Shown here: positions 12,700 through 26,789 of the stretch, piece after piece
Layout: every line of letters begins with the position of its first letter
Numbering within the stretch: the stretch's first letter is position 1
Origin: Priapulus caudatus
Taxonomy: Eukaryota
Length of the DNA stretch: 64,000 bases
Reading direction: 5' to 3'
Assembly (NCBI RefSeq): GCF_000485595.1
Contig: NW_014577067.1
Location: 729,337 to 793,336, forward strand
Position numbers and translations under genes: made by a program
Notes under the pieces: generated by a model
Databases searched by the model: none
What the model was told of the DNA's origin: nothing
The model's input: the letters and a program-made list of their open reading frames with translations, nothing else

Positions 12700-12948
12700 A
12701 TCAAGGTATCGATCTTTCCTATGTACGCGCGCGCACGCTCGCTCGCTCTCTATCTCTCTCTCTATATACAGCGTCGCACTCGGCATGCTCAGTCGCTCAC
12801 TCGCACATCATCCGCGATCCTTGGATAGAGCAGTGAAGCTCTTGGAATGTCTCTGCTGGTTGCAGCTATATATACGTAGTGTCCTCTCTTAGTCTCTGGT
12901 GCGTCTCTTAACCCCGCGAGTGACGGAACAGCGTCGACGGAAGCAACA

Positions 12949-13277
12949 ACCGCCTGTGTTTGTGATAGTGAGGGAGGAAGGAGGACGGCCCTTTAGGCTA
13001 CGGACAGCCGTACGTGTGTTAGGCGGTAGGCGCGTTGCAAACCGCCTGTGTTTGTGATAGTGAGGGAGGAAGGAGGACGGCCCTTCAGGCTACGGACAGC
13101 CGTACGTGTGTTAGGCGGTAGGCGCGTTGCAAACCGCCTGGGTTTGTGATAGTGAGGGAGGAAGGAGGACGGCCCTTCAGGCTACGGACAGCCGTACGTG
13201 TGTTAGGCGGTAGGCGCGTTGCAAACCGCCTGGGTTTGTGATAGTGAGGGAGGAAGGAGGACGGCCCTTCAGGCTAC
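12949..13277. repeat. 92-bp tandem repeat, at least 3.5 copies, ending at an N-gap
   Basis: accgcctg recurs at 12949, 13041, 13133 and 13225. Confidence 0.95.
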
Positions 13278-13666
13278 NNNNNNNNNNCACACACACACAC
13301 ACACGTACACACGCACAAGCACACACACTCACGTACACACATGTGCACGTATACATAAGCACACGCACACGCACACACGCACCCGCACACACGCCCACAC
13401 GCACACACTCGAATGGACGCAAAACGTACATGCATACGAACGTATACAGAACACATACGTACACATCCAGAGAGACATGATACAAGATTGCGTGGCACAG
13501 CTTTGCTGTTGATCCTAAGCGCTGCGCGCGGGATATGCGCACGCGACAGCGGGGATGTTAAAGTATGAAGCGCTGTCCGCAGTGGAGACGTGCGCCAAAT
13601 TCGAGGCCCGGCGCACGTCTCCACAGCGGTCAGCGGATGGTCTGTAGTTTTAGAAGATGGCAATGA

Positions 13667-14120
13667 TTATATATGGACGATATTCTAGGAATTGGAGATT
13701 ATAAAACAAAAATCGCTCAGCCATGCTCCAGATTAGCTGAATCAAAAGGATTAGAATTTAATATGAACAAAACAAATACAATGGTTATAAAATTCATCAA
13801 CAAAGAAAGGATAGAGAAGGAGATATTAATAGGCAACCAAGTAATCAAAAAATGCACCAAATATTCATACCTACGGGATTTAATTAATGATATAGGAGGT
13901 TATAACGATATGATAAGAGTCCGAACTGAAAAATGTAGGTTCATGATAAGGGAAATATTATCATGGGCAGAAGAGCAAAATTATGAAAATCATACTATAG
14001 AAGCAAGAGTGAAATTATACGAATGAACTTCTTTCCTAAATAACAGTGAAACATGGACTTAATGGAAGAAGTAAAAATGTTGGAGGATTTCGAAAATGAG
14101 TACCTGCGCAAAATAATAAT
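13667..14120 (+). mobile_element. Degenerate non-LTR retrotransposon reverse transcriptase fragment
   Basis: LYMDD catalytic motif at 13667-13681, GLEFNMNKTNTM, KYSYL, and downstream frameshifted FLNNSETW resembling the LLYGxETW motif of LINE RT C-termini. Confidence 0.7.
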
Positions 14121-14714
14121 CACGCAGAAAACGCAGAAAATGCATCGCATCGGCCCAAACTCCACGACAGATGGCGCTCTCGCTCATGGGCTCAATCTAC
14201 GAGTATCCTGAGTGTACGAAGGCGCACTGCATGCAGTTTGACATCGGCCTAGACTGGTACCCGGTCGACAGTTCCACACGCTACACTAACAGCGTCAGTG
14301 TAGCGAAGGATACTTGCCGGAGTGAAGGTGGCGAACGGGTACCAGTCTAGCATCGGCCGGGAATTTCATTATTTACGAAAAGTAAACACAGTCGGTATAG
14401 GAACTGGTCACGTCGGTGACGCCCCATTCATGCCCATCAACGAAGAAGGCGGGGCTTATTCTGATTATGGAGATGCGAAAATGCAACAGAAGTACGTAGC
14501 GCAGTGCGCTAAACGCCGTGTTATTTTCGTTTTTGTGCCAAACTCTATCGTATGAAACCGTTCTAGCCTAGCAGAATGCCCTAGTTCCTGAGATTGGCGA
14601 TTTGGTACTGTGATGGGTCCCCACCTATACAAATTTCAAAGGGAGGTGCGGCGTAGGCTGTGATTGGAGGACACAAGGTGTCAATCCTCGGCTCGCCTCG
14701 GCATCATGGCCGCA

Positions 14715-15340
14715 TCACGTAAAGAGCGTATTAAGTATATATATATATATGTGTTGTGTGTGTGTGTGCCGTGTGGGGTGCGTGTGCTGCGTGGGTCGTG
14801 CGTGCGCTGGCGCTCGGCAGCGCGCGCGCGCAGCGCGTTCGTGCGTGTGTGTGTGTGTGTGTGTGTGTGGTTGGGTGGGTGGGTCGTGCGTGTGTGTGTA
14901 GTTGAGTGTGTATAGGAACAAGTGGTGCTGTTGATGTTAATACTCGCTGGCCAATATTTTTACACTGTCCCCTGTCACCCTTGTCACATATCAGGAAAAT
15001 ACAATACATGTGTGTTTGTGCGTGTGTGATATGTGCGTGTGGTGTGTGTGCTGTGTGTGTGTGTGTGTGTGCTGTGTGGTGTTGTGTGTGTGTGTGTTCC
15101 GTGTGTGTGTGTGTGCGTGTGTGAGTGTGGGCGTGCGTCCGTGCGTGCGTTTGTGCGTTTGTGCGTTCGTGCGTGTGTGTGTGTGTGTGGTGTGTGTGTA
15201 GACCGACGTGTTATGAAGTGGGTTGCGTAACGCTATAGACATCTTTGCGCGTCTAGGCGTTTGTTGTTAATGCAACAGTCGACGTGACGACGAGACGCGA
15301 AAATTTCTTGGTGTTCTTTCGACGAGACACACACACACAC

Positions 15341-15439
<99 letters not shown>

Positions 15440-15704
15440 CACACACACACGACACGCACCACACACATATATATATATATACTTAATGCGCTCTTGATGT
15501 GTACGTATGTGTTTTGTATACGTTCGTGTGCATGATACGTTTTGCGTCATTCAGTGGCGCGCGTGTGGCGTGTCGTGTGGTGTTCGGTGCGTGTGTGCGT
15601 GTGCGTGTGCGTGTGTGCTCGCGTGTGTGTGGGTTGTGTGTGTGTGTCAGGGGCCGTAAATAAACATAAACATAATATTTGAAATTGTTTGTTATATATA
15701 TATG

Positions 15705-15772
<68 letters not shown>

Positions 15773-16214
15773 GGAGTAGTATAGTATCTATAATTATAAT
15801 AGATAGAAAGCAGCCGTAGTGCGTTTCCGTATCCTCCTCCGAAACCGTGCCAGCTATTCTCACGCGATCGAGCTGCTGCCCCTTTCTGGACGTCCCGAAT
15901 TCATTCCGCCTACGTTAGAACGCGATATTTTCGGATCGCAAAGTGACTTTTGGAAGCAATTTCTAAAAAGTCATGTGCCCGAAGAAACTTCGGCATTCAT
16001 CGGAAATCCGCACCATCTTTTAAGATCATCCGCATGCGCCACACACGCACACCAAAGCATTGCGGCTACGGTGTATAAACAACAAGCACTGCCGCGCACA
16101 GCTGTGATGCGAAAATTTAAGACAAACCCCAACGAGAGACGGCTGCATTGTAGTGTGTGTGTGTGTGTTGTTTGTGTGTGTGTGTGCTGTGTGTGTGTGT
16201 GCGTCGTGCGTGCG

Positions 16215-16246
<32 letters not shown>

Positions 16247-17914
16247 CTGGTGTGTGCGTGCGTTGCGTGCGTGTTGTGTGTGTACGTTGTGCGTGTGCGT
16301 TGTGCGTGTGCGTTGTGCGTGTGCGTGTAATGTGTATGCGCGCCCGTGTGTGTGTAAATGTGGTATGTGTGTGCATGGGTGCGCGTGTGATTCGTGCGTG
16401 CGCCATGCCGTATGTGTGTGAATACGGGTGTGTGCGTGCGTGCGCGCGTGGGATGTTGGTGTGTGTGTGTTGCGCGCCGTAGTGTGCAAATATTTGACAA
16501 CGGGAGGTGTAACCGTGCCGCGCTACCCGCGCTCCCAATGCCTCTTGCATTTTAGACGCCGTTTTCGATTGTCTAAGAGCCCACATATACCACACTGTAT
16601 ATGTCATAACCTTTTTGAAATTGTGTTAAAGTATTAATGTGTTTTCTCACGGGTTTTAATGATATATAGCTATACAAAATGCGAGATTTAAGGTATAATA
16701 ATAAGCATTTAATTACGTGGAGCTTTATCACTAGCATAACAAGCCATACTTAAACGCACACACGCACGAACGCACGGCCACGCAGCACGCACGACGCAGC
16801 ACGCACGGCACGCCACGCACGTACGTTCGTTACGTACGTACGTACGCATGCATGCATGTATGATGTATGTATGTATGTATGTATGTATGATGTATGTATG
16901 TATGTATGTATTATGTTATGTATGTATGTATGTATGTATGTATGTATGTATGTATGTATGTATTGTAATGTATGTATGTATGTATGTATGTATGTATGTT
17001 ATGTATTGTATGTATGTATGTATGCGTGTGCTTTATGTGTGCGGTGCTGTGCGTGTGCGTCGTGCGTGTGCTGTGTGCTTGCGTGTGCCTTGTGCGTAGT
17101 GCGTCGTGCGTGTGCGTGTGCGTGTGCGTGTGCGTGTGCGTGTGTGTGCGTGTATGTGTGTGCGCGCCCGTGTGTGTGTGTAAATGTGGTATGTGTGTGC
17201 GTGGGTGAGCGTGTGATTGTCCGTGCGCATGTCCGTATGTGTGTGAATGCGGTGAGTGCGTGCGTGCGCGCGTGTGTGATGTGTGTGTGCGCGCGCGTGT
17301 GATGTGTGTGTGCGCGCGTGTGTGCAAATATTTGACAACGGGAGGTGTAACCGTGCCCGCCGCCGTCCACTGACATTCAAGAAAACTATATCTTCAAAAC
17401 TACTCAATGCATTTTGCTTTTTTTTTCAAGAATTTGACTTATTATTGATGCTTCTAACCAGAATGATATTTAAAAAAATAACATCTATATAAGTGAAATT
17501 GTACTATGAAATCACCTCCTTTTTTTGAAAAATTGTATGTCATTTCAAGGTAGAATTTCAGATTTTATAAATATTTAGATACAACTTTTTTAAAACAAAT
17601 ATTGATATATGACTCGAGTCTAAATATTAGTATTTTTCGTTTACTGTAAATACGTCCTCAAAAAAAGAGAGAGATAAATGATTAAACCGCCATCCTCTAA
17701 TCAGAACCCACTCAAACCCGTCTGTAGGACGGGTAATTGCTAGTATAACTATATATGCACTTAATACGCTCTTGATGTGTATATAAAATTATGTGTTCGG
17801 TATACGTTCGTGTGCATGCATGTAGGTTTTGCGTCCATTCGTGTGTGTGCGTGTGTGCGTGCGCGTGTCTGTGCGCATGGGTGCGTGTGTACGTGGGTGC
17901 GTGTGAGCGCGCGC

Positions 17915-17998
<84 letters not shown>

Positions 17999-18455
17999 GT
18001 GTGTATGATTGCCAACGTACCGTCTCTGACTTAAACTGTGTACGTCACGAATTTCGAGCACCAGCAAGTAGTATATATTTGTGTGTTATTTGTACAAAAT
18101 AAAATGTGTTCGGTATACGTTCTTTGTGCATGTAGGCTTTGCGTCCATTCGTGTGCGTGCCTCTGTGCATGGGTGCGTGTGTACGTGTGTGCGTGTGCGT
18201 GTGGGTGTGTGTGTGCGCGCACGTGTGTGACGGCCACATACCGTCTCTGACATAAACATCAACCAGTGACGTTGACATGTTCAGCTCTTCATGGTGACTG
18301 TTAAATGTTACCTGCAGAAAGAAATATCTGCAGTAAACAAACTTATATTTCGGTTTCTGCTTACACTGTTTAAAAACACCGACTAATTACTACTAAAACA
18401 CTACTGACTAACTACTCACTAAAAACACTGTTTAACTACATTGTTTATATATATA

Positions 18456-18513
<58 letters not shown>

Positions 18514-18516
18514 TAT

Positions 18517-18596
<80 letters not shown>

Positions 18597-18740
18597 CACG
18601 CACACGAACACGTACATACGCACCCATGCACACACGCACACACACGAATGGACGCAAAATCTACATGCACACGAACGTATACCGAAAACATACATACCCA
18701 TCAAAGGCGTATTAAGTGCATATATAGTTGTATACTATAC
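14715..18740. repeat. Array of CA/GT- and TATG-microsatellite-bearing interspersed repeats, probably non-autonomous Helitron-derived
   Basis: Recurrent motifs (gaatggacgcaaaa..catgcacacgaacgtata; gtgtgcaaatatttgacaacgggaggtgtaaccgtgcc) in several copies, also at 13410 and 20830. Confidence 0.7.
17717..17744 (+). mobile_element. Helitron-type 3' end (hairpin plus CTAG-T)
   Basis: cccgtc-tgtag-gacggg hairpin followed by taattgCTAGt; degenerate inverted copy at ~21095-21125. Confidence 0.6.
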
Positions 18741-18752
18741 GTATTCTATATA

Positions 18753-19016
18753 CAGGGCTTGAAACTACCTAAAATGGTCACTAGCCAGCAGGGCTAGTGA
18801 CATGCTAAAATCTACTAGCCCTTAAAATATCTCCCAGCCCTTACTTTTCTGAAGTGCGCGCGCTGAGGCCTACGCAGTGAGTAAAATTTTGCCATTTGGG
18901 GGGATGGGGGGGGGGTGAGGTGGGTGGATCTGGGTGTTTTGATTTTAGACGCTCCGAGATGCATTCTGCGAAATTCCGTTGACTGTGAAAATTAGATTCA
19001 GCATATATTCAGTATA

Positions 19017-19049
<33 letters not shown>

Positions 19050-20237
19050 CTATATATATAAATATATATAATATATATATATATAATCAAGAGCTAATAA
19101 ATACTAGAGTGTACAACGGGAAATAGTGCCATTTCACGCGGCAATATTATTCTACTTTGTATGCGGTTCTAGACTAAGTTTCATGGTATTGCGTTAAGCA
19201 GCATCCTTTGCTCTCTAAAATAAGACCAACGCTTGTCTCTACGATACTCCTAGGCCGACATATTGGAGCGTAATCATGCCTCCCACAGGCCTCAGTAGAT
19301 AATATTGCCGTGAAATAGCACATTTCCCAGTTTTTCCCATTGTACACTCTAGTGTATATTAAAGCTTTGATATAATACTAGGTGCTCGAATTTTAAGGTT
19401 TTTTTTGGGTTTGTCCGGAGGACAACCAAGAGAGTAGCCATATGGTTGTCGCCTCAGGGTTTTGGTTGTCCGGATATTATTTAAACATGTGCTGGCATGC
19501 GCTCTGCTCACGTGATGCTCAGTGCTGTCAAGCAAAAGGCCTAATCATGTACATTTTGTACGTATTGCAGTGACAGCAGACCTGGCCATTCGCATTTGTT
19601 CACATTTATATCAAGAGCAGATAAAGAAGGTCTTTCTTTATCTAGATAAAGATAAAGAAGGTCCTTCTTTCATGTCTGGCTCTGATTATATGAAGATAAT
19701 AAAATTTGGTAATGTGGTAAATGATGCTGGGATCAAATGACGTATAATAATACGTAATTAAAAGTTGCATGAAATTTTTTCATAACACTTTATTAAGTTA
19801 ACTAATGGTACTAATAGTATAAATATGACTACTAACATTCACTACTTACTAACACTCGTCAGTCACATGACTTATGAGTAACAAGTTGGACAATTGACAC
19901 GATAAGACCTAGTTGTGGTTAATTAACGAAACATTGTGTTGTTAAATGACGTTGGGATGTTATACTTGTGTATCAAGAGAGCGAGACAATGCGTCTAACC
20001 ATTGATCTCTATAATAATATTATTCCATTATGTATTAGAGATCAGTGGTCTAGAGCATGTACGTTTGCAGCGTATTGTGCAACCCGGGCCGTTTGTAAAT
20101 GAACGCGCGCCATTATGAATGATAAAGGTTCGACTCAAAGCTACAGGGCTTTGGTCAGACCAGACATTCTACTAGCCTTACTGATTGTCTACTAGCCTGG
20201 CGGGCGCGCGCGTGCAGCTTTAGTTGGCGAAGCCCTG
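18753..20237. mobile_element. ~1.5-kb non-autonomous TIR element (hAT-like CAGGGCTT...AAGCCCTG) carrying nested MITEs
   Basis: Terminal cagggctt / aagccctg with subterminal actagcc repeats at both ends; TSD imperfect. Confidence 0.55.
19088..19369. mobile_element. MITE, CAA...TTG ends, 7-bp TSD ATATAAT
   Basis: Long imperfect TIRs (caagagctaataaatactagagtgtacaa / ttgtacactctagtgtatattaaagctttg); atataat at 19081-19087 and 19370-19376. Confidence 0.8.
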
Positions 20238-21959
20238 AATATATATATAACAACAAATTTAATTAATATTTTAAAGGCGGTTTTTAAACGTTTTAAATAC
20301 CGAGCTGTCGGAGACTACCGCGCGACGCGCACGACGCTCACACAGCGCACACGCCAACACGCACACACGCACACACGCCACAGCGCACCACGCACACAAC
20401 GAATGGGAGCAAACCTACTATGCCACGACGAACGCTTTACCGAACACATACAGTACACAGTCAAGAGTGTATAAGTTCATTTATATATTCAGTGTTTTTA
20501 ACAGGGGTTAGCGCCTACTCATAAACCGAAATATAAGGTTTGCTTACTGGCAGAATTTTTGCTTTGCAGGGGTAGGTTTAAGGCAGTCACATTGAAGAGC
20601 TGACATGTCATCGTCACTGGGTTGGATGCTTAAGTCAGAGACGCATGTGGCAGTCACACGACGCGCGCGCACACACCCACACGCACACGCACACACGTAC
20701 ACACGCACCGCATGCCTACACAGGAGACGCGCGCGCACACACACACACACACGCTACACACGCACACGCGCGCCACACACACACACACACACCACACAAC
20801 ACACACACACACACGCACAGTATGCACACACACGAATGGACGCAAAAGCCTACATGCACACACGACGAATGGACGCAACTACATGCACACGAACGGTATA
20901 TCGAACACATACAACACATTCAAGTGGCGTATTAAGTGCTAAATGTTTAAAAGAAAAAAAAAAAAAAAAATGACATAAAAAGAAATTTATACAGTGATCT
21001 ACTAACTTAGCAGCCACATATATAATAATATAGTACCGTATATATAGTATAGATATATATATATAATAGGTATAATATATATATATATATATATACTAGC
21101 AATTACCCGTGTGTACCAGACGGTGTTTTGTGTGTGTCCGTTCTGATTTGAGTATCGGGCGGTTGTAACCAATATTATCTCTTGTTTTTTATTTGTACCG
21201 CGATATTATACGTAAACGAAATAAATACTGTCGATATTTAGCTCGAGTGCATTTATAGTCAAATATTTGGTTTAAAGAAAGATTGTATCTAAATAATATG
21301 AAAATCTTGAATTCTACCTTAAAATTGGACACACAATTTTCAAAAATAGGATCAAGGAAAACATTGCGGCTGGCCGGGCCGGTTTCACCTCCCTTACATT
21401 TTCACTTATATAGATATTATTTTTTGAAAAAGTAATCATTTGGTTTAGAAGCATCAATAATAAGTCAAATTTCTTAAAAAAGGCAAATTGCTCATTGAGT
21501 TAGTTTTAGTTATCTCTTTGGAAAGGTCATTGGGGGAACGGCGCGGCGGGCACGGTTACAACTCTCCCGTGATCTAAATATAAATTGCACACAACCCCGC
21601 GCGCACGACACACATCGCAGCAGGACGGCTGCGCACGCGAGCGACTCACGCATTCAATACATTGACGGGCATCGCGCAACGCACAATACACACGCCGCGC
21701 CCACGCACAGCACACTACCACATTTAGCACACACACGCGGCGGGCACACAACATACACGCCACGCAGCACGCACCCGACGGCACACCCAACACGCACACG
21801 CACACGCACCACAACACCGGTACAGGAATAATATATCAGTATCAATGTCATATATTAGCTATTTCATACACGACACGCACGCACGCACGCGCAGACGGCA
21901 CGCACTCGCGGACCGGGCACCGATCTCACATCAACCGTATTGACATACACCTACCCAGA

Positions 21960-22691
21960 TATCATACAACATACATACTACATACATACATACATAACAT
22001 AATGTACATAGCATACATCCATACATAACTGATACATACATACAACATATCATCATACATAATACATACATACAAGCAATTACATACATACTACAATACA
22101 TAGCATACATATCATTACAACATTACATACATTACAACAATACATATCATACATACATACATACATACATACATACATACATCACATACATACATAATAC
22201 ATACATACATACATACATACTACATACCCACTCCACTACCATACATGTACATACATACCGCTTACATGAGGTGTCATGCATGCATGCAGGCATGCGATGC
22301 ATCGCACTGCGGAGTGCATGTGTGGCATCGCATACATGACATACCTACATACATACATAATACATACATACATAAACTATAACATACATACATACATACA
22401 TACATAGCAGCATCATACATACATACCAACATACATAACATACAATACATCAACTACATACATACATACAATACATACATTACATCATACATAACATACT
22501 ATACAATAACATACATACCTACATACATACATACATACATACATACATGACATACATAACAACATACATACATACATACATAACATAATACATACATACA
22601 TACATACATACCATACATATTACATACATACATACATAACATACATACATGAAATACATACATACATACATACATACATATCATACGATAA

Positions 22692-22722
<31 letters not shown>

Positions 22723-23241
22723 CATACATACATACATAACATACATACATGACATAACATACAGTACATACATTACATACATACTACACGTCCACGCATA
22801 AAAATTCATACATAGCAGTACATACATACCAATCAGCATACATACATAATACATTACATACCGCATAACTACGATATCATACACTTACATACATACATGA
22901 CATACATACTTAGCAGTAAACATCCGTGACATCACATAACATACAATACATACATACATTAGCATAAGCACTTAATATGTACATACATACATACATACAT
23001 ACGATACATACATTACCGATGCATACATTAACATACATACAATACTATACATACATACATACATACATACATACAACATACATACAATACATACATTACA
23101 TACATACATTGCACGCACGCCACGCACGCCACGCAGCGCACAGCACGCACGGCACCGCCACGCCACGCACGCACGCACGCAAACGCACGCGACGCGACGC
23201 ACGCCACGCACGCACGCAGCGCCACGCACGCACGCACGCCG

Positions 23242-23284
<43 letters not shown>

Positions 23285-23350
23285 CGACACGCACGCACGC
23301 ACGGCGCACGGCACGCACACACAGCACACATACATACATACATGACATAA
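21960..23350. repeat. Degenerate (ATAC)n and (GCAC)n microsatellite block
   Basis: Direct tandem repetition. Confidence 0.9.
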
Positions 23351-24344
23351 CGCAACATTAACCCCGCGTATGTATCGTAGCGTAACGCTTTTACCCGTGC
23401 GCGTAGCGTACGTAGTAGCGTGAGTGGTGCTTATTGGCTTGTATTGGCTTGGCACGGCACGCACCCGCAAGCACGCTACGCACGCACGCGCACGCGGATT
23501 GCATAAACACACACCAAAACACTCACATGGCGCACGCACATGCACAATGTACATGCATACGCGGCTCGGCGCTGGCCTGCCGACACACACACACGACACA
23601 TACACAGCCACACACACACACACCACACACACACACACACGACGCGCGGCGGGCGGAGCGCGCGCGCGGCTCACGGCACGCACGCGACGCACGCCACGAC
23701 GCGACGCGCTGCGCGCGCCATACACACTCACACCCTCCGATCATGACAGCAGCTTGCATGACAGCGACGACGTACTCCAACTCCTCTGTCCTTTGCGCAG
23801 CGAACCCCGTCCTTCTTGAAACAGCAGAGAACACACTCCCTTCTGAAACCACTGAATTTGGCAAACATATGCCTATAACTTGAATTAGAATAAAAAAATA
23901 TAATAATTATATCAATTAAATAAAAAAATAAGTAATAAAAAATATGAATAAAATTTATTTACTTGCTCGTCTCATTCCGACAGAGGTATACAATTCACAA
24001 ATACCTTTGCTGATTTATAGAAAAGTTTGGATAGTTACAAGAAGAATTGGAACGATTATGTGATCGGGTGCGGGAGTAAACAAAAACAGGTTGTTTACAC
24101 GCCACTGATTACCTGATTGGAGGAAGTTGCTAGCTAGTTAGTGTATCCACCAATGACAAATGATTTTCTATGGAGGGAAAGCATGAGCTTACGATCGAAG
24201 CGCCAATGTTGTCTATTTATAATATTTCTAAGTTTTTTCAAAACAGCTCGTGATTTCATGCACGGGTTTCTGAATTTGTGTGGTTACGTCTCAGCAAAGT
24301 TTGTGTCAAACAGCGATAGCTGATTTTCTGCAACTAGAATAATA

Positions 24345-24584
24345 ATGCAATTTGGTAGTTTGTGTACCCTTGGCCACGGCCTTGGCCCCTGGCTTGGTCA
24401 TGGTTGTCGGTCACGGCATAGTTCAATTATTAGTTGCATGTCCGTCGTAAGAATGACACACAGAGCCATGTCTTCAAAAGTACTTAACCTTGATACACTA
24501 AATCCGTGCATCAAGGATATGGAATATAGCGTTAGAGGACCAATCGTTATCAAAGCTGTTGGTTTAGAAAAGGAACTTAAGCAG
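24345..24584 (+). CDS. GPT: Alanine aminotransferase exon 1
   Basis: KVLNLDTLNPCIKDMEYSVRGPIVIKAVGLEKELKQ is the ALT N-terminal signature; CAG|gtaatc donor; start is ATG 24345 or a downstream ATG such as 24468. Confidence 0.9.
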
Positions 24585-25101
24585 GTAATCAAGCGAGTTT
24601 GATAATGTTATAAATTGGTAGTGAGTACGGCTGTATGTAGGTATATAATGTAGTATTACTTAGTATTAGTTGTGCTGATAGGGTCTATGTCGGCCCTCCC
24701 TGGTTCAAGGATAGAGATGATGTCCAGGACGGTCATAGGATAGGACAATATCTGATATGGTTAGGGTTAGGGAGTAGGCGTAGGCGACTCCCTAGACTCG
24801 TTAGTGGGGTAGGCGAGGTACGGTCCGGCATATTAGATGGTACCAGGGTAGCCACAAGTTCCCATCTCGCTTAACACTACGTGGCGAGAGGTGTAACTAG
24901 AGGTGTGTCCTCCGCCGTGTAACTAGTCGGAGAGCCTGGTCGGTTTAGTACCAGGGTAGCTCTAGTAACTATAGCCTGCGTAGGCTATAGTTGCTAGAGC
25001 TAGTACCAGGGTACGTTCCGGCAGTATCCAGGGAGACATGGTCCCTGGCAGCATTAGTTGTGGAATCAGCTGAGGTATATATGTAACATGGCCAGTGCCG
25101 G

Positions 25102-26599
25102 TGTCACGGTCTGAGATTACCCCCAGTCTGAAATTACCCCTAGCACCTCGTGCGCATGCGTGACGCATGCGCAGTAGCGCTGGATAATGAGACTGCTCGC
25201 GGCCACGAAGTCTGAGAGTTTGTCTGGCCCGTAGCGGACGGTAAATGTCCAGACTGGGTTCACGTCTGAGATTACCCCCCAGTCTGAAATTACCGGCCTG
25301 CAAATTATAGTCCTGTGATGCCCATAGGTGGTAAATTCAGACTGGGGTAATATCAGACCGGTGGTCACGGGCTTGAGATTACCCCGGCCAGTTCTGAAAT
25401 TACCCCTGCAAATTATATCGCTGTGGTGCCCAAGTGCTAAACTTCAGACCTGGGGGTAATTCTCAGACGCGGTACTGTAATGGCGCCACCGCACGTATTA
25501 TAGCTTAACCCGGCTGGCCCATAGGAGGGTTAGGAGGAGGAGCGGAGACGGAGAAGTGTGATGAGGGCGTGAGGAGGAGCGAGAGAAGGTGAATGGAGGA
25601 GGGAGGGAGTAGGAGGAGGGGGAAGGTGATGGAGAGGTAGGAGGCAGGAGAAAAAGTGATGAGAGGAGGAGGAGGAGGAGAGGAGAGGAGAAGGTGCATG
25701 GAGTAGGTGGGATGAGGAGGAGGGGGAGAAAGGAGAACAGAGAGAACGTGATGGAGGAGGGAGGAAGAGGAGGAGAGAAGGGCGATGGAGTAGGGAAGGA
25801 GGAGGAGGGAGAGAGGGAGGGGAAGAAGGAGGAGGAGAAGGTGATGGAGGAGGAGGGGAAGGAGGAAGGAGGAGGAGGAAGGAGGAGCGGGAGAAGGGAT
25901 GATAAGGGGGAGGATCAGGAGGGGAAAGGAGGGGAGAGCTGGCTAGAGAAGGAGGGGAGAAGGGAGAAGCTGGTGGAGAAGGAGAAAGCTACGACAAGCT
26001 TTCTCCCCTCCTCCTTTCTCCACCAGCTTCTCCCTTCTCCCCTGCTCCTCCCACCAGGCTCCTTCTCCCCCATCTCCCCCTTACCTCCTTCTCCGCACCA
26101 GCCATTCATCCCCTTCCTCAATCCACCAGCTTCTTCTCAGATCCTCGGGGTCCACCACCTTTAAAAAACTCCTTCTCCCTTCCTCCTTCTCCACCAGCTT
26201 CTTCCCCTCCTCTTCTCCCACCACCTCTTCCTTTCCTCCTTCGCCCTTCTCCCGACCACATTCTTCCTTCTCCCCTTCCCTCCTTCTCCACCGAGCTCTC
26301 CCGTTGCCCCCTTCCTTCATTCCTAGCCATGATTGAGGTCGTCCATGACGGCCGCCGCGTGCTGGCGGTCAACTGTTCCGGCTGCTGGCCCAAGCAAGTA
26401 ATAAAGCGGGGCTTCTGTCCGTGATTGTTGACAAATATGGCTAATATGTGACGGTGGCAGTCTCAAGTTAACGGCAATGCTAATTTTTGCTACGCACGCG
26501 CTTTACAGCCCAGCACCCGTGGCCTCGTGCGCATGCGTGCGCATGCCGCAGGTAGCCGCTAGGGTAATTTCAGACTGGGGGTAATCTCAGACCGTGACA
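25102..26599. mobile_element. Non-autonomous Ginger1-like DNA transposon (TGT...ACA, CCGG TSD)
   Basis: ~38-bp TIR tgtcacggtctgagattacccccagtctgaaattaccc; ccgg at 25098-25101 and 26600-26603. Confidence 0.75.
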
Positions 26600-26789
26600 C
26601 CGGTGTCGCGGTATATTTCTCAGTTGGGAAATAAGTTGACGCTGCGTGTTCTGCGCATGTGCGAAAAACCGGTCAACAAATTTACCGTGTAAGGCCACGG
26701 GAAATTTCTCAACCACAATATTCTTACAGCCTACAACTTTACCTGCTACTGCTAGTGTTTAAATATATAAATAATATTGTAGACTGATT

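Noticed and set aside
12949..13277. Regularly spaced repeats resembling a CRISPR array
   Set aside because: Units are repeated in full with no unique spacers; eukaryotic context; no cas genes
20000..20047. Possible further mini-MITE (cattgatctct...agagatcagtg)
   Set aside because: Flanks match only 5 of 7 bases (gtctaac / gtctaga) in a noisy region; too weak to list as a feature
14664..23883. Many HT/CV-rich ORFs
   Set aside because: Translations of CA/GT and ATAC microsatellites
24760..24773. TTAGGG telomere-like repeats (also near 49875)
   Set aside because: Only about two units; not an interstitial telomere array
25694..26393. Glu/Gly/Pro-rich ORFs
   Set aside because: Low-complexity interior of the Ginger-like element
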